From NCBI GenBank assembly GCA_943704425.1, contig CALSCP010002846.1:1-46474 (forward strand): 46,474 bases of DNA, given 5' to 3'. The notes beneath the pieces are model-generated. The model did not search any database. It had not been told where the DNA came from and saw only the letters and a program-made list of their open reading frames with translations. The position numbers and the translations under genes are program-made. Below are positions 22,947 to 34,463 of this stretch, piece after piece (within the stretch, counting starts at the first letter, position 1; every line of letters begins with the position of its first letter). Origin of the DNA: Ministeria vibrans ATCC 50519 (Eukaryota > Protista > Filasterea).

Positions 22947-23052
22947 AAAACACAACAGTATTAACTTTATTCATCATACTCAACTCTGAATTCTAATAAT
23001 TATAATATTCATTAAAATTAATAATTTGTGACTTGTGTGAAACGATCGTCAT

Positions 23053-25799
23053 ATGCTGTCCCGATTTGCTCGTCTGAGCGCCGCTGCGCCGGCGCGTCTG
23101 ATGCATGCGAGTGCTGCGTCGCGCACTGTCCTGGACTGTCCCGCAGACACCAACAGTGACCTTTTCCGAGTAAGCAGCGCGATGGAAGAGACCCCCAGTG
23201 CCGGCCGTGTGTATTCATCCATCTGCGTGCCCTGCGGCTGCATCCTAGGAGAAGAGCGAGTCGATGCAGGCGGCTGTGGACGATTTGCGAAGGGTCGTCT
23301 CGAAAGTGCACCAAGGTGAGAATCAATCTCTCGCCTCTCTCTCTCTCCCCGCGCACCCACGCGCTGCGTCGCACCCCCGGTGTGCTTACCACTGCGGTGT
23401 TGGTTCCTAGGGGGCTCGGAGAAGGCGCGTGCGCTGCACCAGTCGCGCGGCAAACTGCTCCCTCGCGATCGAATCCAAACGCTGCTGGATCCCGGCTCGC
23501 CCTTCCTCGAACTGTCGCAGTTGGCCGGCCACAACCTGTACAGCGACCGAGGCCAGACGGTGGACGTGCCGGCAGGCGGAATCATCACGGGAATTGGGCG
23601 TGTCAACGGACATTCCGTCATGATCGTCGCCAACGACGCCACTGTCTTTGGCGGCACCTACTACCCCATCACAGTCAAGAAGCACCTTCGCGCCCAGGAA
23701 ATCGCTGCCCAGAACCACCTGCCGTGCATTTATCTCGGTAAACGCGCCTCTTGGCTCTGTCCCATCCGACTTTGTGTGTCTTTTCATATTCTCATTCGCT
23801 TTTTTTTCTTCTCTTTTTTTACGACTAGTTGACTCGGGCGGTGCGAATTTGCCGCAACAAGCAGATGTGTTTCCGGACCGCGAACACTTTGGACGCATTT
23901 TTTACAACCAGGCCAACATGAGTGCTAAGGGAATTCCCCAAATTGCGGCTGTCATGGGCTCGTGCACCGCAGGAGGAGGTACGTGAGTGACCGAGCGATC
24001 GAGAGTGGGCCTGATGCCTTCTTTGCCTTGTAGCTTACGTTCCTGCCATGGCTGATGAGAGCATCATTGTGCGCAAGCAAGGCACTATCTTTTTGGGTGG
24101 ACCGCCGCTTGTGGAAGCAGCCACAGGCGAAAAGGTACGCTAACCCTATCCCGTAGCCTAGTTCTAACCGAATTTGGATAGGTGTCCGCGGAAGAATTGG
24201 GCGGTGCTGAGGTCCACTGTCGCACAAGTGGAGTGGCTGACCACTATGCGTTTGACGACTCTCATGCGCTTGAGATTGCGCGCAGTATTGTCAAGAGACT
24301 CAACCAGAGAACAGAGAAACTTCCTGTAAGTCATAACGTTTAATGTGAAGGGTGAACAGAGCACAAACACATCGCTTGTATACTTCTCTGACTGTTTTAG
24401 ACGAGTGATATCGATGAGCCTGTCTTCAGCGCAAGTGAGCTGGGGGGTATTGTGGGGACAAATTTGAAGGCCATGGTGGACCCGCGAATGATTATTTCGC
24501 GGGTGGTGGACGGATCGCGCTTTGATGAGTTCAAGGCACTCTATGGGAAGGAGCTTGTCACTGGTATGACTTAGCGATTGGTGTCATTTTTTGTGTGGGG
24601 CACTTTGATTTGTGTGTGTTTGATTCAGTGTGCGTTGCACTCTGAGTGTGTGTGTGTGTGGTCACCCTATGTTGCTCACACACTGTATGTGATGTATTTG
24701 TGACTGTTTAAGGACTGTGTCATGTGTGTCTCTTTGTTGTGTATGTGAGTGAGTGTGCGAGTACTGTATGAGGGCGATTGAGTGTCTGTGTGGCTTACTC
24801 CTTCTCTTTTATTCTCTCCCTCTCCCTTTTTTCTCTCCGTGTGGTTAGGTTTCTCGCATCTGCACGGAATGCCCGTTGGCATTCTGGCCAATCACGGAGT
24901 GCTGTACTCTGAGAGTGCACTGAAAGGAGCGCATTTCATTCAGCTGTGCGAACAACGCCAGATTCCACTGTTGTTCCTGCAAAACATCACTGGGTTTATG
25001 GTGGGAAAGACGTACGAAAGCGGAGGGATTGCCAAGAACGGAGCGAAGCTGGTGACGGCCGTGGCGAGTGCAACGGTGCCCAAGCTGACACTGGTGACGG
25101 GCGGGTCCTTTGGGGCGGGCAATTATGGCATGTGTGGACGCGCTTATAGGTACGAAAAGACTCTAGGGTTGTATGTATGTGTGTGTGTGTGTGTGTGTGT
25201 CAGTAGGAATTGTGAGTGGAATTTGTGAGTGGTTCTACTCTTAATTTTGTTGTATAATTAATTAATATCATTATTATTATTAGTAGTAGTAGTAGTATTA
25301 TTATTGTATACTTACATGCAGTGTATTGTACTCATTTGTGTAGCCCTCGGTTCATGTACATGTGGCCGAATGCGCGCATTTCCGTCATGGGCGGGGAACA
25401 GGCTGCTAATGTGCTCAGTGTCGTCAAACGGGTACAAGCGAAACGCTCTCTTACCATACGCACTTCATAATAGTATTATAATTGTTTTATTTATTTTCAA
25501 ATGTGTGTAGTGGGAAGGAGACGACAAGACGGCCAATGTGAACAAGATTGTCAGCAAATACGAGGAAGAAGGACACCCTTACTACGCTAGCGCACGGTAA
25601 GGAGACTACAGGATTGACAACCAGACAACTCTCGCTTACGCACACACTCCTCTCTCTTTCTCGCCCCTCCCTGTCTCTCAGCCTTTGGGATGATGGAGTG
25701 ATTGCGCCCGAAGACACTCGGTCTGTGTTGGGAATGTCACTGGCTGTCGCGTGCAATGCGCCCAAGGTCGACGGTCGCTTTGGTGTCTTCCGAATGTGA
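23053..25799 (+). CDS. MCCC2: Methylcrotonoyl-CoA carboxylase beta subunit, mitochondrial (multi-exon)
   Basis: Presequence [12 protein letters not shown]. Motifs [116 protein letters not shown] and FGVFRM*. Confidence 0.95.
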
Positions 25800-25924
25800 T
25801 TGATTGAGCGGGAGAGAGAGAGTGAGAAAGAGAGCAAGATTGAGACTGAGAGAAAGAGAGGAATTGCAGAGAAAAGCGCTATGAATCAACAGAAAGTGTA
25901 TGAGTGAGACTGAGTGTGTGGTGT

Positions 25925-26189
25925 TCAGGACAAGAGATCGCGCATGACATCGCTGATGGACGGGCCGGGTTGGAAGGCAGGAGACGCACTGTCGGTGACA
26001 ATGGATTGCAGTGCAACGGACTGTGCTTGTTGCTGTAGCTGCTGTTGCTCTTGCTGAAGTTGCTCTTGCTGTTGTTGCTGTTGTTGTTGTTGCTCTTGAA
26101 TGTACTGTTGGTGCTCGGTGGACAAGGTTGGCTGCATTGGTGTGTCAGTGTGAGAGGAGAGCTGAGCGAGGAACAGCTCAGTGTGTTGT

Positions 26190-26245
<56 letters not shown>

Positions 26246-27144
26246 TTCTGATGTGTCTGTGATGGAGGTGGTGGCGGTATTGAAGATGTCAGGGAGAAGC
26301 AGAGGGGTGGGTTCGGTGGGCTGATCAATGGCAGACGGGTGTGCGGTCGATGCAGCGGAAGCAGCTGGGACAGGAAGGGGAGGCGCAGGGAGGCCAAGGT
26401 AGTAGCAGTCGACTGCAGTGGGGGGATTGAGGCGCAGATCAACGAGCGTCACAATGTCACTGACAATCTGTTGGGTGAGATGTGCGTGGGCACGTGCCCC
26501 ATACACAGCAGTGGGAGTAGAAGTGGGAGTGGGAATGTGTGATGGAGTGAAGTTGAGTGACGCAGTCGCTCCCATGTACAGTGACACGCACGGAAAGTAC
26601 TCGCCGCGTGACAGCCCCTCAAACGCAACTCCTTGACTACACATACACGACAATAAAATAAAATCAGAGAGCAAGATGAAGCGCGTTTACGATTCGCCGT
26701 TGAGGAAGAACTCGAGCGAGCCACCGGCAAGGGGCTCGGCGGGCGCCTTCTTGCCGGGGCGCTCCTTTTCCTCGTAGAAAGGTGTGCCTCTGTAGTCAAA
26801 TTTTCGCGGTCGGTAGTCTGCTTCGATGTCGCGCGTGCTTGCAAGCCATGGCTTCTCCGTGATACCTATAAATAAAACACAGTAATGTGAGCAGATGAGT
26901 CAAACATTTTATTTTATTTCGGTTCACATACCGTTTTCTTCGGGCAAATCAATGAGAACGCCAACAACATCGCCAGCACCAAAGGGTTTCCCATAGGGTG
27001 TGCCTAAAACGCAAGAGTGAAAAACGCAAAACAAAGGAATAATAACCTTTGGCTCTGTGAAACTTTGTGCCTTGGCGCGATCGATAGCAGTAGGAGAAGT
27101 CGTCAACGCCCACTGGTGTCTGTACATTGACTACGCGGCAGAAG

Positions 27145-27215
<71 letters not shown>

Positions 27216-27772
27216 CAACAACAACAACAACAACAAACAAACAAACAATAACATAAGAGGATCGTCAGCAGAGCGAGTAAGGGCAGCAGCGCAGCGCACA
27301 CGTACGGGATCGCTGGCAGACACCGAGGCGCAGTGCTGAGTTGGCGGTGGGTAAGGAGACGACGGTCGCCTCAAAGTAGTAGCGGCCCGCACGGACGCCG
27401 TGGTTCGCCATCACCGACGCGTAGCCCTTCTCGCCCGCCACCGACAGGCGGTCGCTGCTCACCTGAAGCTGGAGCGCCCGATCCTGCGCGAGAAGAAAAG
27501 AAGGAAAAAAAAATGGGAAAACGCATTGCAATTGTGTTGAAGAAAGGGGGAAAAAACAGCCTTACCTGCGTCGACAGCAGCACTTGGTCGTCAACAGCCA
27601 CTCGCCAGCCGTCGATCCAGTGCGGATCCGGCTCGGCGGGCGTGTAGCGGTAGCCGTGGCGGTTGGTGAGCGCAGAGTCGCTTCCGGGGCCCGACCCGGC
27701 CGACGCAGCCACGCGCCGCTGCCGCTTCATTGTCGGATCGCCCGGCTCGACAGCGGGGCGTTTCTTGTCCAT
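25925..27772 (-). CDS. ASH2L: ASH2L/Bre2-like SPRY protein (COMPASS subunit) lacking the N-terminal PHD-WH region, with a polyQ C-terminal tail
   Basis: N.HGYRY..AEPDPH, DRA.QL.VS.DRL.V.GEKGY....A.HGVR.G.YYFE, PVG.D.FSY..RS..GTKFH and QGVAF..L..GEYFPCVSLY align with the ASH2L SPRY region. Confidence 0.85.
27147..27250 (+). repeat. (CA)n followed by (CAA)n microsatellite, intronic
   Basis: Seen directly. Confidence 0.9.
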
Positions 27773-28030
27773 TGGCGCAAGACTATAGTTATGAAATTTA
27801 TGATTCAATGTAATGTTTAGTTGTTTACTAAACTTTACTTACAATTCATCAACCAAACGGCTTAGTGTCAACGCTGCAGGGTCATAAAAGTTAAACCCAG
27901 CACAGAGCAGCTGTCTGTGTGGCTTTCTTCTTTTTTTCTTTGAGCTCAAGTACTACAACTCAGTTTAGATGAGTTGAGTTTTATCAATAATTCAGTCGTT
28001 AATCGTGATCATTGTATTGTGAGTTGAACA

Positions 28031-29087
28031 ATGAGACGATTCGTCTGCGCGACCGCCGCAACCTGTGTTGCATCGGCCTTGACTGTGCGTCAGCTATCGA
28101 CGAGTGCCGCTGCGAGCAGCATCAAACCTCTGGACATCTCAGTGGGTCTGGCGTGCTGTCCCAAGAAAACACCCAAACTCAATTTCAACTGTACGCGCCG
28201 GTCTGTGGCGCTCCCGCTGACACCCGTTCCATGCCAACACGTGTAGGGGACCCCAAGGATCTCAAGGCGTGGTGGGCCAACCGCGGTGAAGACGCCTTTT
28301 TCATTGAACAGAACGAAACGATGTAGGAGAAACGACCTTTTGCCTTTTGCACTGCTGACCTGCAAACGGAATGATGCAGCACGACCATCGGCGTTCTTGA
28401 CGGTGTAGGCGGATGGGCATCCAAAGGCGTTGACCCAGCGGTCTTTTCCGGTGCTCTCGCGCAGTCGTGTGCTCAGGTGGCACGCACAAAGCCCAACGCC
28501 CCCAACGACATCATCCAGTACCATCTTACTACTACTCGTATTGCGATGCATCTGCCCCACTGATGCTGTCTCCGTGCACTGCATCTTTCAGCGAAGGATA
28601 CCTTGAGACGATCAAGAAGGTGGCGCAACTGGGACCCGGCTCGACGACCATTTGCGTTGCGTCGTTTGATCGCACTGCCCACTCACTCAAAGTGTCCAAT
28701 TACGGCGATTCGGGCTTGCGCCGCTACACACTCAACACAGCCAAGAAGTGTAAAGCCATATCATTTCTCATAAGTACGAATAATGCGTCGTATATTGAAC
28801 AGATAAGCTGAAGGGACAGACACGCGAGCAACAGCACTACTTCAACTGCCCCTTCCAACTCAGCAGTGTCGCACGGCACTCATTGCCCGACCCGCTCATT
28901 CTTGAAACAGACCAGTATGTTGATAATAAATTATTATGTTTTCTCTCTGTTTGCATTTGTGTGTGTGTCTCTTTCTGATTTCTTTGACACTGTGTGTGTG
29001 TGTTTTAGACAGCAAATGGACATTGATGAGAACACAATTGTCGTAATGGCCACCGACGGAATATTCGACAATCTTTATGACTGTACA

Positions 29088-29123
<36 letters not shown>

Positions 29124-29486
29124 GTCTAAACGTCAACTCTGATATAATATTATAATAATCACTCCCTTCTCTTATTTTAGCGGTGATTGAAACGATTCTG
29201 AGCGATAATTCCGACGCGTCTGTGTCAGTGCTTGCGACGCTCATTCTGCAGGAAGCTCATCACACCGCCCAGTCCCCCACTGCCCAGATCCCCTTTACCG
29301 ATGGTTTGGCGGCCGATCTGAAGAAAAAGGGCCAAAGAATCACTGTAAACAACACAAAATAATCGTGCTATTTTTTATTTTATTGCGTCTCTTTTATAGC
29401 GTGCCGATATGGGGGGAAAGGACGACGATCTTACGGTGGTTGTGGTGCGCTTTTCGCCGGGAAATCAGCTCAAGTCAAAGTTGTAA
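28031..29486 (+). CDS. PPTC7: PTC7-type PP2C/PPM protein phosphatase (multi-exon)
   Basis: Motifs GEDAFF, GVLDGVGGW..KGVDP..FS, GSTT.CV, N.GDSG, EQQHYFNCPFQLS, ATDGIFDNL and GGK.DD.TVVV. N-terminal Arg/Ala/Ser-rich presequence. Last exon 29400-29486 ends ...QLKSKL*. Confidence 0.85.
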
Positions 29487-29685
29487 AAGAAGAAGAAGAC
29501 ATTTCCAATTTATTATCAATGAAATGAATTATTCTGTCCTAAGATTCATAGATAATCATGACAATTCTATTTTGACATATTTTGAGCCTGACTCGCCGTC
29601 TCACTCACCTAAAGTAATAAAAGTACAAACTTTTGACTTTCCTGTCTTTTCATTTCACCAGTTTAACATTTTTTTCATTTTATTC

Positions 29686-30541
29686 ATGATGGCGTCTACA
29701 GACGAAGTGGTAGCAGTGGTCGAGGACGACGAGCCCGAGACAAGCACGTCTGCAGCGCCTTCCAAGGGCGAAACCATTTTGCCTCAGGCGCGCGTCCGCC
29801 GCATCATGAAGAGCGACCCGGACATCACCAACGTCAGCCCCGAGTGTGTATACCTTGTTGCCCGTGCCACGGTATGCTCCAAATCTCCCGGCCTGTCCCT
29901 TCTCATGTCCCTTTTGTGCTTTTGTGTTTCGCGCGCGCTTTTCCGAAAATGACTTCGTTTCAGGAACTCTTTGTCGAAATGATGGCGCGCGAGTCACAGA
30001 AGCTGGCAGGAAGTCAAAAGAAGAAAACGATCCAGTACAAGCATATTGGTAAGCGGCGGCCGTTTTCGTTGCAGAGGCGCAGCGAAAAAGCAGTGTGTGA
30101 CACGACCGTTTTGCCCTTACAGCGACCATGGTGAACGAAATGGAGGAGCTGCAGTTTCTGCAAGACATCATTCCTCTCCAGGTTGAGGCGCGTGTGATTA
30201 TGAGCGAGCGAGAGAAGCAGCGAGCATTAGAGAAGGCGGCGTCGGAAGCCGTCGTGTCAGTGGAGGTGTCGTCGCCAACCAAGGCACCAGCCGCAGCATC
30301 GCCACCGCCCACCACTACTACCACTACGACCGACACCACTACTACCACAACGACAACAACTGATTCCGCTCCCTTTGCTGCTGCTGCTGCTGCTGCTGCG
30401 AGCGACACGTCTGCAATGGAAGTCGATCAACCAGACGCACAAACGACTCTGAAGAGTGTTTCCGAACCTGTTCCCGAAACAGCTCAAGAGAGTGTTCCTG
30501 AAGACACAACCCCGACGACGACGGCTCCAATGGAGGAGTGA
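29686..30541 (+). CDS. H2A-like histone-fold protein (CHRAC1/POLE4/Dpb3 class) with a low-complexity Thr/Ala/acidic tail; 3 exons
   Basis: LPQARVRRIMKSDPDI..VSPE.V.LVARAT|ELFV...KKKTIQYKHI|A..V...EELQFLQDIIP. Confidence 0.8.
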
Positions 30542-30658
30542 CACACCAAAGATGTAATACTAATAGAATCATAATAATAATTATTTTTTTTTGTTTTCCG
30601 AGTTCACTCAACACCACAAATTATTGTGTAAAAAGAAAGAAAATACATCTTGATGCTT

Positions 30659-30683
30659 CTCTCTCTTTATATCTCTCTCTTTT

Positions 30684-30738
<55 letters not shown>

Positions 30739-30942
30739 ATCACTTTGTTTCTTNNNNNNNNNNNNNNNNNNNNNNNNNNNNNNNNNNNNNNNNNNNNNNN
30801 NNNNNNNNNNNNNNNNNNNNNNNNNNNNNNNNNNNNNNNNNNNNNNNNNNNNNNNNNNNNNNNNNNNNNNNNNNNNNNNNNNNNNNNNNNNNNNNNNNNN
30901 NNNNNNNNNNNNNNNNNNNNNNNNNNNNNNNNNNNNNNNNNN

Positions 30943-31010
<68 letters not shown>
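30659..31010 (+). repeat. (CT)n microsatellite flanking an N-gap
   Basis: Seen directly; gap at 30754-30941. Confidence 0.85.
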
Positions 31011-31016
<6 letters not shown>

Positions 31017-31254
31017 TTCTATTAGTAATAGTGGAAAGTACTTCGTTTGGGTTATAAGCACACAATAGTCCCCTTTTTCTCAATCGCTCTCTTCTTTCTC
31101 TTCGACTACAAAACTGAAAATATGTCTTTCGGTTTTAAGCTCACACAATGTGTACTTGATATAGTTTGTCAATCTCTATCTCTTTCTCTCTCTCTTCTCT
31201 CTAAGTTGGGGTTGCGGGGGGTGGTGGGGAGGGGGCTCACTCAATAAGCACTTT

Positions 31255-32188
31255 TTAGTCGACCTCCTCGATGGTGGGGCCCGAGCCGCCGCCGGACGGG
31301 GGTGCACCGGCACCGCTCATGTCGGGCATGCCGCCGGGCATACCACCGGGCATGCCGCCTTCGGGGGCACCGCCGGCAGCCTGGTAGGCCTTGGTGATGA
31401 TGGGCGAGCAGATAGCCTCGACCTCCTTCTGCTTGGACTCAAACTCTTCCTTTTCGGCGAGCTGGTTGGTGTCGAGCCAGGCAATGCACTCGTCGACTGT
31501 GTTGGTGATGGTGGTACGGTCCTCCTCGCTAATCTTGTCCTTGAGCTTCTCCTCGTCGACGGCCTGCTTCATGTGGAAGCAGTAGGTCTCGAGGCCGTTC
31601 TTGGCCTGGATCTTCTCACGCTGCTGCTCGTCCTCGTCCTTGTACTTCTCGGCCTCGTTGACCATGCGCTCAATGTCCTCCTTGGAGAGACGGCCCTTGT
31701 CGTTGGTGATGGTGATCTTGTTCTCCTTGCCGGTCGACTTGTCGACGGCGCTGACGTTGAGGATGCCGTTGGCGTCAATGTCAAAGGTGACCTCAATCTG
31801 GGGGACACCACGGGGAGCAGGGGGAATGCCAGTGAGCTCGAACTTGCCGAGGAGGTTGTTGTCCTTCGTCATGGCACGCTCGCCCTCGTACACCTGAATG
31901 AGCACACCGGGCTGGTTGTCCGAGTAGGTCGTAAACGTCTGTGTCTGCTTGGTGGGGATGGTCGTGTTACGCTTGATCAGGGCAGTCATGACACCGCCTG
32001 CAGTCTCCAGACCCATCGAGAGTGGTGCCACATCGAGCAGCAGAAGGTCTTGGACCTAAACAAGAAGAAGAAAAAAGAAGCAAGAGAAAATGAGTAAAGT
32101 GACATCAAAAAAGCAGCGATTTAGATCGTCACGTACAGCTTCGGATTTGTCGCCAGTGAGAATGGCAGCCTGAACGGCGGCACCGTAG

Positions 32189-32223
<35 letters not shown>

Positions 32224-32834
32224 TTCCTTGCCGTTGAAGAAGTCCTGGAGGAGCTTCTGAACCTTGGGGATACGGGTGGAGCCACCGACAAGGACCACCT
32301 CGTGAATGGTGGACTTGTCGACCTTGGCGTCACGCAGAGACTTCTCGACGGGCTCGAGGGTGCCGCGGAAGAGATCGGCGCAGAGCTCCTCGAAACGCGC
32401 ACGGGTGATGGACGTGTAGAAGTCGTCACCCTCGTAGAGCGAGTCGATCTCGACGTTGGCCTGAGTCGACGACGAGAGAGTGCGCTTGGCACGCTCGCAG
32501 GCGGTGCGCAGACGACGCAGCGAACGGGCGCTCTGGGTCAGGTCCTTCTTGAACTTGCGCTTGAACTCACTGACAAAGTGGTTCACCAGTCGGTTGTCGA
32601 AATCTAATCAAGTACAACAAACGACGGAAGCATGAGAAAGTTGTTCAAGTAAAAACCAGAAAGAAAAAATATTTTTTACCTTCTCCACCGAGATGGGTGT
32701 CACCAGCGGTCGACTTGACCTCGAAGATACCGTCCTCGATGGTGAGGACCGAGACATCAAAGGTACCACCGCCAAGATCGAAGATGAGGACGTTGCGCTC
32801 GGCACCGACCTTCTTGTCAAGACCGTAGGCAATG

Positions 32835-32866
<32 letters not shown>

Positions 32867-34171
32867 GACGTTGAGACCGGCAATGACACCGGCGTCCTTG
32901 GTGGCCTGACGCTGCGAGTCGTTGAAGTAAGCGGGCACTGTGACAACAGCGTCCTTGACCGTCTTGCCAAGGTAAGCCTCGGCGGTCTCCTTCATCTTGA
33001 CGAGGACCATCGAGGAAATCTCCTCAGGCGCAAAAACCTTCTTCTCGCCCTTGTAGTCAATCTGGATCTTGGGCTTGCCGTTCTCGGCAATAACCGTGAA
33101 GGGCCAGTGCTTCATGTCGCTCTGCACGTGCGAGTCGTCGAAACGACGGCCAATCAGACGCTTGGCGTCAAAGACAGTGTTGGACGGGTTCATCGCGACC
33201 TACAAGTCAACAAAAAATACAAGATGGTCAAGACAAATGAAGACACTAACACAAACCCCAATACATTCATCCAATGCATCCTCACACACACACACACACA
33301 CATAAATATAGCCCATTGCTTTCACTTGATTGCCCATGAATAATTTTTTCCATATATTATACTCATTCCCTATAATATACGATTTTTCGACACGAATCGA
33401 AAACGAAAAAAAAAATCGTGACACGACCCAAATGCAAATGCACACACGTGGAAGCAAAACGACAGCAGTGATCAGCATGCATGGCGCATCAAAGCGGATT
33501 TATGGGCAGATGCCATGGCCTTCGGTCGTGGGGGACGGTATGGCGCGCAATCGTGACATGTGAGAGAAGACAGCGCGAGAAAACGGAAAAAAAAAAAAAA
33601 AGTTTGGCCGAGATTTCCCCAAAATCGCACTGGCAGAGTGCGAGAAAGAGTGCAAGGGGTTTGCAATTGAACAAGGAGGCGGACGAGGGGGAAAGCAGAG
33701 GAGGAGAAGGACGAGAAAAGGCAATCGCGTGGGAGAACGAGTGTTTTTCTCGACGCTTCTATTTCGCGTGCAACCCTTCAAACAGAGCTTTGCCTTCATA
33801 CCTGGTTCTTGGCGGCGTCGCCAATGAGACGCTCGGTGTCGGTGAAGGCCACGTACGAGGGAGTGGTGCGGTTTCCCTGGTCGTTGGCGATGATCTCGAC
33901 CTGAAACGGAAAAAAAAAAAAAGCCAAGAGAGAAGAGTCACGAAAAAAGTCGAAAAAAGACACAAAGACACATTCCGACGAGTCGAAAAGACCATACACA
34001 TACACACACACGCTCAAAGACTCACCTTGCCGTGCTGGAAGACGCCGACGCACGAGTAGGTTGTGCTGCAAAGAGAAAACGAAAACGCCGGTTTTTTTAT
34101 GAGCACACAACAGAGAATGCGTCGCGTGTGTGTCGCACTTACCCCAAATCGATACCAATTGCGGTAGCCAT
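31255..34171 (-). CDS. HSP70: Cytosolic HSP70 (HSC70/HSPA8-like), multi-exon
   Basis: Motifs [57 protein letters not shown] and [11 protein letters not shown]; GGMP repeats; C-terminal GPTIEEVD*. Confidence 0.97.
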
Positions 34172-34279
34172 TGCTGTATGTAAGAGTGTAAGTGGGTGGT
34201 TTTTGGTAACGAGTACAAAAAAAGTAACGTGATTAAATTCGAAGTTGAAATGAAAACCTTAGCTTTGATCGAGGTGATT

Positions 34280-34299
34280 ATTCTCGAACAGTCTAGAAA
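34280..34299. promoter_or_regulatory. Heat-shock element upstream of HSP70
   Basis: aTTCt-cGAAc-aGTCt-aGAAa forms four alternating nGAAn units with one mismatch, about 110 nt upstream of the HSP70 ATG. Confidence 0.7.
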
Positions 34300-34463
34300 A
34301 AGAGAGAAGTCGCCCTTCAGCGCGATTTGCACAAACAGGCATGCAATCGTGATAGTGTTGATTACAGCTGGTGTTAAGTGGTTATGAGCCGGAGTAGTCG
34401 GGAGTACGATAATAAATTATAATAAAAAAGACATTTTTTTCATTTCCTTTTTCATTCTTCTTT

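Noticed and set aside
31573-33343. Long plus-strand ORFs antisense to HSP70
   Set aside because: This is a well-known artefact of strongly biased codon usage in HSP70 genes, with no independent support here.
33201-33800. Intronic snoRNA (U14-like, as in vertebrate hsc70 introns) in the longest HSP70 intron
   Set aside because: I found no box C (TGATGA) paired with the lone CTGA and no U14 antisense elements on the sense strand. An Infernal/Rfam search would settle it.
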